Positions 30,987-40,950 of a stretch of 64,000 nucleotides of DNA are shown piece after piece. The notes under the pieces were generated by a model that was given only the letters and a program-made list of their open reading frames with translations, searched no databases and was not told the origin of the DNA. The stretch's first letter is position 1, and every line of letters begins with the position of its first letter. The DNA lies in IMG/VR virus record IMGVR_UViG_3300042889_001272, positions 62,001 to 126,000 of that record; one strand, written 5' to 3'. Made by a program: the position numbers and the translations under genes.

Positions 30987-32396
30987 ATGTCAACAGATAA
31001 CTTTGGCGCATTAGGCGCAGACTTTTTTATAAGAACATTTGACAAGAGCTCGTTGATGAGTCAGTCAGATCTAGATCAACTCATTCAATATGTACAATTA
31101 ACCACAACGATTATAGCCGTAGGAGAATTTACTCCCGGTGTACAACAAAGTGTTTGGATGATACTTGAACGTGTAGATGTGCCATCAGCGCCAGGATACA
31201 CAGTAACTAACAACACAGAAGTTACAATGACTTCCGGCGGCTTGGTGACAATTGACTCGATACCGTGGACAAAGATAACAGGCAAGCCAAGTATCCCAAC
31301 AGATATTAACGATCTAACAGACACAGGTGGTCTGTTAGCAAATACAGGTGACTTTACATTCACTGGCGGTACTGCTAGTTTGCCGGCAGACAGTACTATG
31401 ATTCTTGATACTTTTCAAGTTGGTGGAAACAAGCAATCTACTTTAACTCTAAGTACTGCTACAATATCCAGTTTAGATGCTGGAAATAATCTAAGACTTA
31501 GAACTGGTTATGGAACTGGATTTGAAAAAGATTGGATACTTGGCGCTGATGGTTCTATTAGATTCCCCGATGCCAGTGTACAGACAACTGCTTATACTGG
31601 CAGTGATCATGCAGCCTATGAAATAACAAACACAAGTCCAGAAGGCTCTATATATTCTGTTAGCGTAGGCACTGATGGCGTTGTTAGTATGGTTACAAGT
31701 CGTGGTGGCATTGAGTTTGGCGCCATGCCAGAAGTTGGCGGACCAACACACTTCCACATTATGCGACCTGCTGGTGATAATGGTACAGACTTGTACTTCG
31801 GTGACGACTACAACTATGTTCTTCAACGCCCATCCGCATACGGCGGCGCCCCAGCATACGGTGTAGAGATTGGTGCCAACGATAATAATGGTGGTGCTCA
31901 ACAGGTATGGCGTTTTGGCACAGACGGCCACTTAACATTGCCAGCAGGTGGCGATATTAAAGACAGTACAGGTGCTAGTGTATTAGGTGGTGGTTTCAGT
32001 GGTGACTATGATGACTTAACCAACAAGCCAACATACAGAATAGCTGTGCCAACTGGCACAGGCCCTGGTGGCAACTTGCAAGCAGATTCACTGGCACTGG
32101 CTGGTCTTAATCCTGTTACAGATATACCATCAACTTGGGGTGGCGACTTGATACTTCAAGGTGGTGTAGGTGGCGCCAACAGCGACTTATATGGTGAAGT
32201 TAGAATCAAAAGCGGCCAGATTGGTGCAAATTATGAATGGCACTTTACCACTGATAAAAAGATTAAACTACCAGCAGGTGGTAGCATTGTTGACAGCACT
32301 GGTGCAAATGTATTTGTTTCTTTGACTACTCTCAAACAAGTTGTTGCAGACAGTACAGACTTTGCTGATTTTCAAACTAGAATTGCAGGTATGTAA
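30987..32396 (+). CDS. Putative tail fibre/virion protein
   Basis: WTKITGKP, repeated W.FG.DG.L.LPAGG.I.DSTGA motifs, DYDDLTNKP; TAAATA at 30960. Confidence 0.65.
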   Translation: MSTDNFGALGADFFIRTFDKSSLMSQSDLDQLIQYVQLTTTIIAVGEFTPGVQQSVWMILERVDVPSAPGYTVTNNTEVTMTSGGLVTIDSIPWTKITGKPSIPTDINDLTDTGGLLANTGDFTFTGGTASLPADSTMILDTFQVGGNKQSTLTLSTATISSLDAGNNLRLRTGYGTGFEKDWILGADGSIRFPDASVQTTAYTGSDHAAYEITNTSPEGSIYSVSVGTDGVVSMVTSRGGIEFGAMPEVGGPTHFHIMRPAGDNGTDLYFGDDYNYVLQRPSAYGGAPAYGVEIGANDNNGGAQQVWRFGTDGHLTLPAGGDIKDSTGASVLGGGFSGDYDDLTNKPTYRIAVPTGTGPGGNLQADSLALAGLNPVTDIPSTWGGDLILQGGVGGANSDLYGEVRIKSGQIGANYEWHFTTDKKIKLPAGGSIVDSTGANVFVSLTTLKQVVADSTDFADFQTRIAGM

Positions 32397-32412
32397 TAGA
32401 CCCTAGCATAAT

Positions 32413-32436
32413 AAAAGCCCCTTGCGGGGCTTTTTT
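32413..32436 (+). terminator. Intrinsic terminator
   Basis: AAAAGCCCC-TTGC-GGGGCTTTTTT. Confidence 0.9.
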
Positions 32437-32503
32437 ACGACTATAATTTATATCAATTAAATGTTTTATTTCTAATAAATACTAGTTATATATTGGAGTT
32501 AGT

Positions 32504-33286
32504 ATGATATTAAATGAGGGCGGTGATGTATTTGCAGACACCGAAGAATATGACCAAAAAGAAGCAACCGCTTTACAGGCTGTTGTAGATAAGGAATTAT
32601 CTTCTATTGGTCTATCATCCGTTATGATTGGCAGCGGTTTTCATCCTACTCCTGGACAAATGAGCGGGGATTTGGATCTACAAATAGAATTACAAGATAT
32701 CATTGATCGCTTCGATGTACAACCTGACCCTGCTGTTAAAAAAGATACTATAGAAAATGCTGCCCGCAGAACGCTGGCAGCACATCTACAAAGTAAAGGA
32801 TATCAAACAAAACGAGCAGGTATAAATGTTTTTATTCGTGTTCCTTATCAAGGTAAGTTTTATCAAGTAGACTTGGAATGTATATATAAGGTAGCAAAAG
32901 TAAGCAAATATCATCAGCATAAAATTCCTCAAGGTAGTACATACAAAGGCGTGGGCAAACAAATAATGATATCTATGTTGGCCAAAGAAAAAAATATGAT
33001 GTGGAGTGGTTGGGAAGGTTTATTTCAACGTACTCCTGATAATAAAAAAGGCGACATGGTCGCCGATGACTTTGATGATATAGCAAAAGTATTACTCGGG
33101 CCGCAATATGGTGAAGAAGATTTAGGCAGTGTAGAATCTATATTGGCTGCGCTGCCAAGTGCAAAAGCACAAGATTTATTGGCCAGGGCCAAGGCCGACA
33201 AAGCATGGAAAGAACGTGTGCCACGTGTAGAAAGTCTGCGTGTTGGCACCAATGAATGGTTCCGTAATATGATGAACAAGTTATGA
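32504..33286 (+). CDS. Pol-beta-superfamily nucleotidyltransferase-like protein
   Basis: MILNEGG start; GS...SGDLDL and FYQVDL motifs; TAAATA at 32476. Confidence 0.55.
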   Translation: MILNEGGDVFADTEEYDQKEATALQAVVDKELSSIGLSSVMIGSGFHPTPGQMSGDLDLQIELQDIIDRFDVQPDPAVKKDTIENAARRTLAAHLQSKGYQTKRAGINVFIRVPYQGKFYQVDLECIYKVAKVSKYHQHKIPQGSTYKGVGKQIMISMLAKEKNMMWSGWEGLFQRTPDNKKGDMVADDFDDIAKVLLGPQYGEEDLGSVESILAALPSAKAQDLLARAKADKAWKERVPRVESLRVGTNEWFRNMMNKL

Positions 33287-33942
33287 AAATAAACGACATT
33301 TTACGCGAGTACGACCAAGACTCTGCCAATAGTAAACAAATCATAGCAAAGCTGAAACAACTTGGATACAAGAGTGTTGGCAGCGGATATGATGCAACTG
33401 TATGGACCAAAGAAGAAGGCAGTGTTATTAAAATCATTATGCCGCAGGAGTTGTCTCGAGCAGAAGGAGACGCATCGTTTTTAGGGTTTTATGAGTTTTA
33501 TACTACACATAAGAAGTCACCATTCCTGCCAAGATTTATCAGCATTGGTGGCGCCGATCATACTGTGTTTACACTCAATGGAGTAGACTATAGACAAATA
33601 TCAATGGAGAATCTTGAACCCATTGCTAATAACAGCTTTATGGAACAGATGGTGTGGGCACTCAGTGACTTGTCCATTATACCTTTTATGAAATGGAGAG
33701 ACGCTAAAGAGCAACTGCTTAACTCTGAGTTTTGGACAAATTTTGAAGGACCAGGTAGAGAAAGCGACATCGTAAAAGGACTAAGTAATTCGGCAGTAGA
33801 GAAGATGTATGCAAGTTTATTTGCAGTGATGCAAGAGCTTTTTCAATTTGGAAAAAGTCAAGGACTGGGTTGGGATTTACACACTGAAAATGTTATGCGT
33901 CGAGGTGATACACCAGTTATCACTGACCCGTTTACCGGATAA
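33283..33942 (+). CDS. Kinase-like protein (protein kinase/APH fold)
   Basis: MKINDILRE start; GSGYDATVW, VIKII, WDLHTENVM, VITDP. Confidence 0.65.
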   Translation: MKINDILREYDQDSANSKQIIAKLKQLGYKSVGSGYDATVWTKEEGSVIKIIMPQELSRAEGDASFLGFYEFYTTHKKSPFLPRFISIGGADHTVFTLNGVDYRQISMENLEPIANNSFMEQMVWALSDLSIIPFMKWRDAKEQLLNSEFWTNFEGPGRESDIVKGLSNSAVEKMYASLFAVMQELFQFGKSQGLGWDLHTENVMRRGDTPVITDPFTG

Positions 33943-33946
33943 TAGT

Positions 33947-34375
33947 ATGCTAATTAAAGAACTAACAGAAAACGAAGAGCCAACAAGAATCAAACTAGCT
34001 GACAATTCAGCCGCCAAGTCTTGGATTCAAAAAGTCTATAATTTATATCCGCAACAGTTTCAAAACAACCACGTCATGCCCATGGGTGGTCAAGGCGATG
34101 ATCAACAGTTTGCCATGTTTGAACTTGTTCCAAGTTTTAGCAAACGTGGTGCAGTGGAAGTAAAATGGTTTCAAGCATATCCGCTACGTGCAGGAGTAGG
34201 CAGTCGTGCCATGAAAGAATTACAGAGCTTGGCCAGTGAAGATGGTATTTCACTTACATTATTCCCGTGGGATAAAGGACAAGTCAGTCAAAGTAAGCTA
34301 ACCAAGTTCTACCAAGGTCGGGGATTTAAGCCCGCTGTCAAAGGCAGCAAAAGTATGCAATGGAGTCCTGAATGA
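33947..34375 (+). CDS. GNAT acetyltransferase-like protein
   Basis: Starts MLIKELTE (ATG 33947); RAGVGSRAM acetyl-CoA motif A, LTKFYQGRGF. Confidence 0.6.
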   Translation: MLIKELTENEEPTRIKLADNSAAKSWIQKVYNLYPQQFQNNHVMPMGGQGDDQQFAMFELVPSFSKRGAVEVKWFQAYPLRAGVGSRAMKELQSLASEDGISLTLFPWDKGQVSQSKLTKFYQGRGFKPAVKGSKSMQWSPE

Positions 34376-35520
34376 GATTATTGGAACTAAAAGAATTAAT
34401 GGAAGCAGTGGATCCCAAGCTGGGTCGTGCTTTTAATCACTTAGAGGATCTTGTATTCTTCTATGGTAGTGCTGGTACTATTGAAGCATTGGAACATTTA
34501 AAAGATATGAACACAGAACAAGGTAGTTCGAGTGTTCGTATGAAGTGGGACGGCAATCCTCAAATTTACTGGGGTCGTGAGCGTGGTGTATTTGTTCCTC
34601 CGCATGGTCATAATCAGTGGAGTCGAAAAGCAATGCCTGCTAATCCAACGGATGTATCAGACTTTATTATGTCTAGTGGTAAAGCGGTTACTCCGGAAGA
34701 AGTCAGTGCGAGACAACAGTTTGCAGATAAGTTTGCCAGTTTAGCACCATTATTTGAACCAGGCACTCCTGCAGACTTGGATGGCAACAGCACATTCTAT
34801 GTCTATGCTGATGCACTATTCTTATCACCACCCGAGTTAAAGGACGGAGTTTATAGTTTCAATCCTAATCCAAAAAGTCAAACAACATATCATGTGCGAG
34901 CAGACAGTGATCTAGGACGTAGAATTGCAGGTGCAGAAGTTATGGTTGTTGGCCATGCTTACTTTACTGAACACGGCGCACCTGATTCAGCACAAATTCC
35001 TATCAAAGACTTTACAATGTTTAATGCTAATCCAAAACTAATTGTCCTGGGTCCAATATATAATGTAGCACCAGTTAAAGTTGATAATACAATGATTCAA
35101 CAAGTAGAGAATCATATCAAGCAACATGCAAATCAAGTTGATACATTCCTACAAAGTGTTGCAGGTTTAAGTGACTTAAAACAAATCATTTATAACTATG
35201 TAAATCAAAGTGCTAAGGCAAAACAATTAGATAGTTTAAGTGCTAATCACTTCTTCCAATGGATGACTTCAAAAGTCAGTGCTCCGAAACAAGCAAAGAT
35301 CAAAGAATTAAATTCTGCACAGGGCAATGTATTAGAAGAGATATTTAAAATTGTTCGTGCTATACAAATATTAAAAGACAATGTCATTGACCAAATTGAG
35401 TCAGGACCTCGAGCAGATATCTGGGACACCAACGGCGAAGGTCGTGTGCGTTATGCAGATGGAAATAAACAATTCGGCAACGTGAAGTTTGTACCGAGAA
35501 AGCGTTGGACACCACAATGA
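34372..35520 (+). CDS. Ligase-like nucleotidyltransferase (KxDG motif)
   Basis: MRLLELKE start; NHLEDL, VRMKWDGNP, GEGRV, VKFVPR. Confidence 0.55.
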   Translation: MRLLELKELMEAVDPKLGRAFNHLEDLVFFYGSAGTIEALEHLKDMNTEQGSSSVRMKWDGNPQIYWGRERGVFVPPHGHNQWSRKAMPANPTDVSDFIMSSGKAVTPEEVSARQQFADKFASLAPLFEPGTPADLDGNSTFYVYADALFLSPPELKDGVYSFNPNPKSQTTYHVRADSDLGRRIAGAEVMVVGHAYFTEHGAPDSAQIPIKDFTMFNANPKLIVLGPIYNVAPVKVDNTMIQQVENHIKQHANQVDTFLQSVAGLSDLKQIIYNYVNQSAKAKQLDSLSANHFFQWMTSKVSAPKQAKIKELNSAQGNVLEEIFKIVRAIQILKDNVIDQIESGPRADIWDTNGEGRVRYADGNKQFGNVKFVPRKRWTPQ

Positions 35521-35915
35521 GAATAAACGAATTAGATACAGCAAAACCAAAGACCAATGCAAAACAATTGCCTGGTTATGATAGTTCCAATCCCTTACAC
35601 TCTACTTGGAGTCGCGTGTACAGTAGGCAAACATATGAAGCTAAAAGAAAAGGTTTTGCAGTGAATATAACAGCAGCCGATGCATGGGAAGTTATTAATA
35701 AACAAGGATGGCGATGTGCTTTAACTGGAGTGGCGTTTGTTCCAGCCGGTGCTGCCAGTCCAAATCAAGCTAGTTTAGATAGAATAAATTCCAACCAAGG
35801 TTACATACATGGTAATATTCGCTATGTAACATATCGTGTAAATATGTTTAAGAAAGATTGGCCGGATGATGTATTTTTTGCTCTTTGCAAACAAATTGCG
35901 GCACACGTAGGATAA
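35517..35915 (+). CDS. HNH-like endonuclease
   Basis: MRINEL start; WRCALTG, SLDRINSNQGYIHGNIRYVTYRVN. Confidence 0.6.
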   Translation: MRINELDTAKPKTNAKQLPGYDSSNPLHSTWSRVYSRQTYEAKRKGFAVNITAADAWEVINKQGWRCALTGVAFVPAGAASPNQASLDRINSNQGYIHGNIRYVTYRVNMFKKDWPDDVFFALCKQIAAHVG

Positions 35916-35923
35916 AAGAAATT

Positions 35924-38482
35924 ATGAAAATAAATCAAGTATTAGTAGAATCAGCAAGCGCAACAGTGGCGTTTGCTTTTGGCAGATTTAATCCTGCACA
36001 TCAAGGACATATTGAAGTATGGCGCACAGTGGAACAAGCTGGCGCAAATTGGTTCATTGGAACCAATGCCACTACCATTGGTCCTAATGATCCACTTACA
36101 TTCCAACAAAAATCTGCTTGGATGGAAGAAATTTATCCTCCTATCTCTGGACATATTGTTCCTGAACAAAGCGTATTGACATTGGCAGCTTACATCTTTA
36201 AGAAGACACGTAAGAATGAACGTGCCACGGTAGCTTATATTACTGATGAAACCGATTGGGCTTGGAGTGGTAAGTTATTAAATCAATACAATGGTGTCGA
36301 AGGTGTTCACGGTTATTACAAGTTTGCACAGATTATTCATGAGCCAAGCCCACGTGTAAGTAGTGCCACAGCATTACGTGATGCGGCTCGTGCCGATGAC
36401 AAGGTTGCGTTCTATCATGCCAGTGGAACTGATCCTAAATCAAAGGTCGCTGGACTAACATACTTTGACACAGTTAAACAAGCAGTTGAGAAATATCCAT
36501 TGCCAGTTAAACGTGGACAAAAAGTTAAAGAGCCTATTGTGGCGGAAGGCTCGGACGATGTTGCTAGTGCTACACCAGCAAAAAACGAACGCGGAAGATT
36601 CACGGCGTGGGATGATGATGAACCGATGCGTTTGAAATGTGAAGATGGTGAGTTTAGAACCATACAAGAAATCAATATGCTTAGACAGAAAATAGGAATG
36701 AAACCTTTTTCTATCAAAAGTCAGCAAGGTGTGGCGGAAGGTAACTTAAACGAATTTGCACCTGGTGCTGGCGATGAAGGTGGCGGCGAAGATCCATACA
36801 AGTACCCCAAGCCAGAGCGGTATCGTCGTAGTGTAGATTTCTTTGGTCAGTTTGAAGCAGATCATTTTGATCGTGAAGACATGGATGACGCCAAGGGCGA
36901 GTTCAAAGGCTATTGGGGCAAAGATCAAATTGCCTATTTTAAATTTGATAACCCCAAGCGCACAGGCAGCGATGACCCGGGCATGGGCTGGTACTATGAA
37001 CCCCAGTTGAGCGGTCATGGTGATAATACCAGTGTGACACCTGCTGTTGATAATACCGAACAACGCAAGCAACAAGAATTAAGCATGATTCGTGCGTTTT
37101 TAAAATCTGGCAATCGACCAAATCCAGACAGTCAAATTTATAATTTAATGAAACGACATGGTATAGCGGAAAGCGACGAAGATCGTATAGCATACAAATT
37201 ACAATGGCCCGAACTTGTCAACAAAGTTAACAGTGCAATGAGGGCCATGGGTTGGAAAGGCCAACGTAAAGACGATGGTTCTTTTATGTTCATCACTAAA
37301 GGCCAACTCGACGATGAGTTTTACATTGTTATTATAGACAACAAAGGCAATGACATGTTTACCTATGCATTAGGCACAGTCGAAGAAGGTTCCCCACATA
37401 TCGGCGAACAAGATACATTGCCCAATACAGAAGCTAGCATAAGTGAATTGATGAATTCTATTAGGGAAGGATTTGGATTAAATGAAAATGCTGAACAACC
37501 TAATAATCCATATGGTTACAAAGTAGGTCAAACAGTCAAACTACATAACAAGCTACAGGGTCGTGTAATTGATATTTTCGATGACAGTATCGAAGTATTA
37601 TTAACTGACGGGCGCACTGTTACGGTGAACTTCCGTGACGCTGAAGTTCTAGGAGAGCACAGTGTAGCCGAAGCAGAACAACAAACTGTGGCCAAGACCT
37701 GGGATCAAATGACAAGTCAAGAGAAACTAAGTGGTGTTAAAGGTCGCACAGTATGGAATGAAAAAACACAGAGATATTACACAGTGTTTGATGTTCCAAT
37801 AAAACAGCCCACAGACGAAGCAAGTTTAGCAACTATGCGTGATTACTTTGCTGGTGATCAAAATGCTCAAGATCCTACTACGCTGGCAAAACAACGTACT
37901 TGGTTTGATAAAACTAAAGATAAAAACGGGCGTGCCATTGTAGATAAAAGATTTAGAAGTCCAGAAGAATTTCGACTATGGTTAAAACAAAACAAATTAA
38001 AACAAATTTCCGGCGTTAAAGAAGATGAAGAGCAGGGAGAAGTTGAACAACAAGGACAACTTATTCCATGGCCGGCAGGTACTGCTAAAGTTCATGTCAG
38101 CGATGTATACGATTGGTATAAGCTAGGACAAGTTATCAGTGATTTAGATGATGCTAATCCTGAAGCATTTGGACAAGGTGCTCCGCAGACAGTTATTGCT
38201 TTTGGCAGCGAAGAAGAAGAAAGCAAACTAATGCCAATGTTAAAGCGTTTAGGTCTGCGTATAGATGATATAGATCCTGCGGGCGCCGAATTAGATGAAG
38301 CATATCACGCAGGAGAACTTTATGAATACTTAAAGAAAGTTCATGGCAAGTGGGCATTAGTAAGTAAAAGCAATCCAAAGAAAGTATTACAATACTATCG
38401 TGGCGGAGATGAAAAACCCAGTGATGAATGGGTTAATAAAGTAGAACGTCGTGTACATAGCTTTGAAAGTAAAAAGAAATGA
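35924..38482 (+). CDS. Cytidylyltransferase-like (HxGH) enzyme fused to multiple small modules
   Basis: Starts MKINQVLVE (ATG 35924); FGRFNPAHQGH, RVSSATALR; C-terminal modules joined by IVAEG, QGVAEG, HGIAES, HSVAEA, LDEA. Confidence 0.7.
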   Translation: MKINQVLVESASATVAFAFGRFNPAHQGHIEVWRTVEQAGANWFIGTNATTIGPNDPLTFQQKSAWMEEIYPPISGHIVPEQSVLTLAAYIFKKTRKNERATVAYITDETDWAWSGKLLNQYNGVEGVHGYYKFAQIIHEPSPRVSSATALRDAARADDKVAFYHASGTDPKSKVAGLTYFDTVKQAVEKYPLPVKRGQKVKEPIVAEGSDDVASATPAKNERGRFTAWDDDEPMRLKCEDGEFRTIQEINMLRQKIGMKPFSIKSQQGVAEGNLNEFAPGAGDEGGGEDPYKYPKPERYRRSVDFFGQFEADHFDREDMDDAKGEFKGYWGKDQIAYFKFDNPKRTGSDDPGMGWYYEPQLSGHGDNTSVTPAVDNTEQRKQQELSMIRAFLKSGNRPNPDSQIYNLMKRHGIAESDEDRIAYKLQWPELVNKVNSAMRAMGWKGQRKDDGSFMFITKGQLDDEFYIVIIDNKGNDMFTYALGTVEEGSPHIGEQDTLPNTEASISELMNSIREGFGLNENAEQPNNPYGYKVGQTVKLHNKLQGRVIDIFDDSIEVLLTDGRTVTVNFRDAEVLGEHSVAEAEQQTVAKTWDQMTSQEKLSGVKGRTVWNEKTQRYYTVFDVPIKQPTDEASLATMRDYFAGDQNAQDPTTLAKQRTWFDKTKDKNGRAIVDKRFRSPEEFRLWLKQNKLKQISGVKEDEEQGEVEQQGQLIPWPAGTAKVHVSDVYDWYKLGQVISDLDDANPEAFGQGAPQTVIAFGSEEEESKLMPMLKRLGLRIDDIDPAGAELDEAYHAGELYEYLKKVHGKWALVSKSNPKKVLQYYRGGDEKPSDEWVNKVERRVHSFESKKK
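36538..36550 (+). repeat. GVAEG junction repeat, copy 2
   Basis: TGTGGCGGAAGGC. Confidence 0.85.
36719..36742 (+). repeat. GVAEG junction repeat, copy 3
   Basis: AGTCAGCAAGGTGTGGCGGAAGG; 23 nt identical to 44407-44429. Confidence 0.9.
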
Positions 38483-38736
38483 GATCCGTAAATCAAAGTT
38501 ATACAACTATTGATATCATTGTCGATGAATTTGACGAACAAATTATTGATATGTTAAAACAACGGTATCCTGCTTTATCTATTGCAAGAGTAAATGCTAC
38601 TAGATTTAACAAAGATTCTACTAACTTGTTAAAGTTTTATCTATATCATTGGATATTTGATAACTATGAATCTGCTATCGTTGACATTAATAATTATTAC
38701 AATAAATATACTATTAGCACGAAAGTCGTAGCATGA
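38479..38736 (+). CDS. AT-rich hypothetical protein
   Basis: Coupled ORF lacking the shared N-terminal tag. Confidence 0.45.
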   Translation: MRSVNQSYTTIDIIVDEFDEQIIDMLKQRYPALSIARVNATRFNKDSTNLLKFYLYHWIFDNYESAIVDINNYYNKYTISTKVVA

Positions 38737-40949
38737 AATATCTAGAACTAAAAGAACAACTACTCAACGAAATTAATATGAGCCCCAGTGCTTTACGCCG
38801 TGCTGCCAAAGACATTGGTGCTAAGGCAGGCATGGAATTTGAAATGATTGTTCCCGGTGCTGCCGAAAGCGAAGAAGGTGATGACTATCAAGAACCAGAC
38901 TACGACAGTGATGAAAGCATTCGCAGTATTCAAGATGCCTATGATTTCTTCTACGATGGTGATTTTAATAGCCGTAGAGATGCAGAGCGCCTACGTGATC
39001 AAATGACAGACAACTACACTGATTGGCTGGGCACTCAATCTGGGGATCGCTGGGAATCTGATAAAGAAGAAATGATATATGATTGGCTGCGCTACAATGC
39101 CGCGCCCAGCGATGTATTTGGTATACTAGAAGTAGCTGCCAGCGCCAGCGGAGATTATCCTGATCCCTCTAAAGAAGATTACAGAAATGCTGCCGCCAAA
39201 GTAGCTGAAGATAGAATAGATCCATGGTATGACGATGCTTATCAAGATTTTACTGACAATTTCTACAGAGATGCAGACATGGAAAGTGAATGGCTCGAAC
39301 ATGAAGCTATAGAAAGTATGGTCGACGTTGAACAGAATTATAACATTGTTTGGCCACATTATCATAATCCGGATAACTCAGGCGGTGATGTTAGTATACA
39401 AGATGCCGCAGACAGTTTCAGTAATGCCATTGGTAAAGAAGTACAGGCCAGCGACAATTATCACAGTCGTAGTATAACAAGACCCAGTGCCACAGAATTA
39501 CACTATGTTGTGGAACCTGACGGTAGCTTAGAAGCAGATGAACCCGGAGATGGCGGTTTAGAATTTGTCAGTCCAGCATTGCCCATAGATGAATTATTAG
39601 ATGACTTGAAAAAAGTTAAAGCATGGGCAGATAAGTTTGGCTGTTATACAAATGACAGCACAGGTTTGCACATCAACGTCAGTGTTCCAAAATGGCAAGG
39701 TGATTTGCAAAATCTAGACTATGTTAAACTTGCTATTTTAATGGGCGACGAATATGTTTTAGAAAACTTTGGACGCAGTGGTAATACCTATGCCAAAAGC
39801 GCACTAAAGATTGTTAAAGATAATATCACACAGCGTCCAGAAGATGTCAAACGTTTGTTAGACACTATGAAAGAGCACTTAAACACCAGCGCCGCAAAAT
39901 TAATACACAGTGGCGCCACTAGTAAATACACCAGCGTTAATACCAAAGATGGTTACATTGAATTCCGTAGTCCAGGTGGTGATTGGTTAAACAGTAACTT
40001 TGATAAGATTGAATCTACATTATTACGTTTTGTTGTAGCCATGGATGCTGCCGCAGACGAAACAAAATACAAAGAAGAATACGCCAAGAAACTTTATAAG
40101 TTATTAGCAGGCAATGACAAAGATACTACAAATACCATGGTTTACTTTGCCAAATATGCCGCAGGTGAATTGCCTCAGAGCGCATTAAAGAGTTTTATTA
40201 AACAAGCACAGTTTGAACGTAAGGCAGGCAAAGAACCCAATGGTAAAAAAATGTGGTATCGTGTTGACAAAGAAGGACGTGGTAAGAGTGGTGCAAGCAT
40301 TGAAGTTGTTGCTAGATCAAAAGAAGAGGCATTAGAAAAAGCAGCCAGTAATTGGAGTTTAAAGCTAAGTGCATTAACTGCGGCCGCTGTTTATCCAGTT
40401 CGCCCCTATGAAGAGCAACGCTACGAAATATTTAATTTAAACACAAACAATAGCGTAGAAGATGCTGAAGGTATTACTAATGATAGAGATGCATTAGTGC
40501 GTTTGCAGGATTACATTGAACATGGTCCTCACGGATTACAACGTGGACAAGCAACAGATATGTTTGGCATAAGACGAGTTGGCGGAGATGGCGAACCTAT
40601 ACAACCAAATCCAATTCGTGCTACTGTAGGCGCTCCACAACCTGCTGGTAGTGTTGGACAATCAACTCCTAGACCTATTCCCGGTGTTATTGATATTGAG
40701 CCTGATATAGAACAGAACTTTACACCTGTACCAGGTAGCACAACAAACTTACAGCAACAACGTGCAACACCCGGCACGTTTACAGGTGCTTGGAAAGTAA
40801 TGAATGTCGACACTGGACAAGAATTATATAGATTCAGCGGCATTGGTAATTCGCAGTCAGATGCTAATGGTGTCGCTTTACAATGGATAAGACAACATGC
40901 CCCGAACACAGACTTGGTACAAATTGAAGTTGTGCCCATAATGAGCTAA
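38733..40949 (+). CDS. Putative amidoligase (COOH-NH2 ligase type 2) with C-terminal modules
   Basis: MKYLELKE start; GMEFE, VEPDGSL, GLEFVSP, STGLHINVS, IEFRSPGG. Confidence 0.7.
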   Translation: MKYLELKEQLLNEINMSPSALRRAAKDIGAKAGMEFEMIVPGAAESEEGDDYQEPDYDSDESIRSIQDAYDFFYDGDFNSRRDAERLRDQMTDNYTDWLGTQSGDRWESDKEEMIYDWLRYNAAPSDVFGILEVAASASGDYPDPSKEDYRNAAAKVAEDRIDPWYDDAYQDFTDNFYRDADMESEWLEHEAIESMVDVEQNYNIVWPHYHNPDNSGGDVSIQDAADSFSNAIGKEVQASDNYHSRSITRPSATELHYVVEPDGSLEADEPGDGGLEFVSPALPIDELLDDLKKVKAWADKFGCYTNDSTGLHINVSVPKWQGDLQNLDYVKLAILMGDEYVLENFGRSGNTYAKSALKIVKDNITQRPEDVKRLLDTMKEHLNTSAAKLIHSGATSKYTSVNTKDGYIEFRSPGGDWLNSNFDKIESTLLRFVVAMDAAADETKYKEEYAKKLYKLLAGNDKDTTNTMVYFAKYAAGELPQSALKSFIKQAQFERKAGKEPNGKKMWYRVDKEGRGKSGASIEVVARSKEEALEKAASNWSLKLSALTAAAVYPVRPYEEQRYEIFNLNTNNSVEDAEGITNDRDALVRLQDYIEHGPHGLQRGQATDMFGIRRVGGDGEPIQPNPIRATVGAPQPAGSVGQSTPRPIPGVIDIEPDIEQNFTPVPGSTTNLQQQRATPGTFTGAWKVMNVDTGQELYRFSGIGNSQSDANGVALQWIRQHAPNTDLVQIEVVPIMS

Positions 40950-40950
40950 T

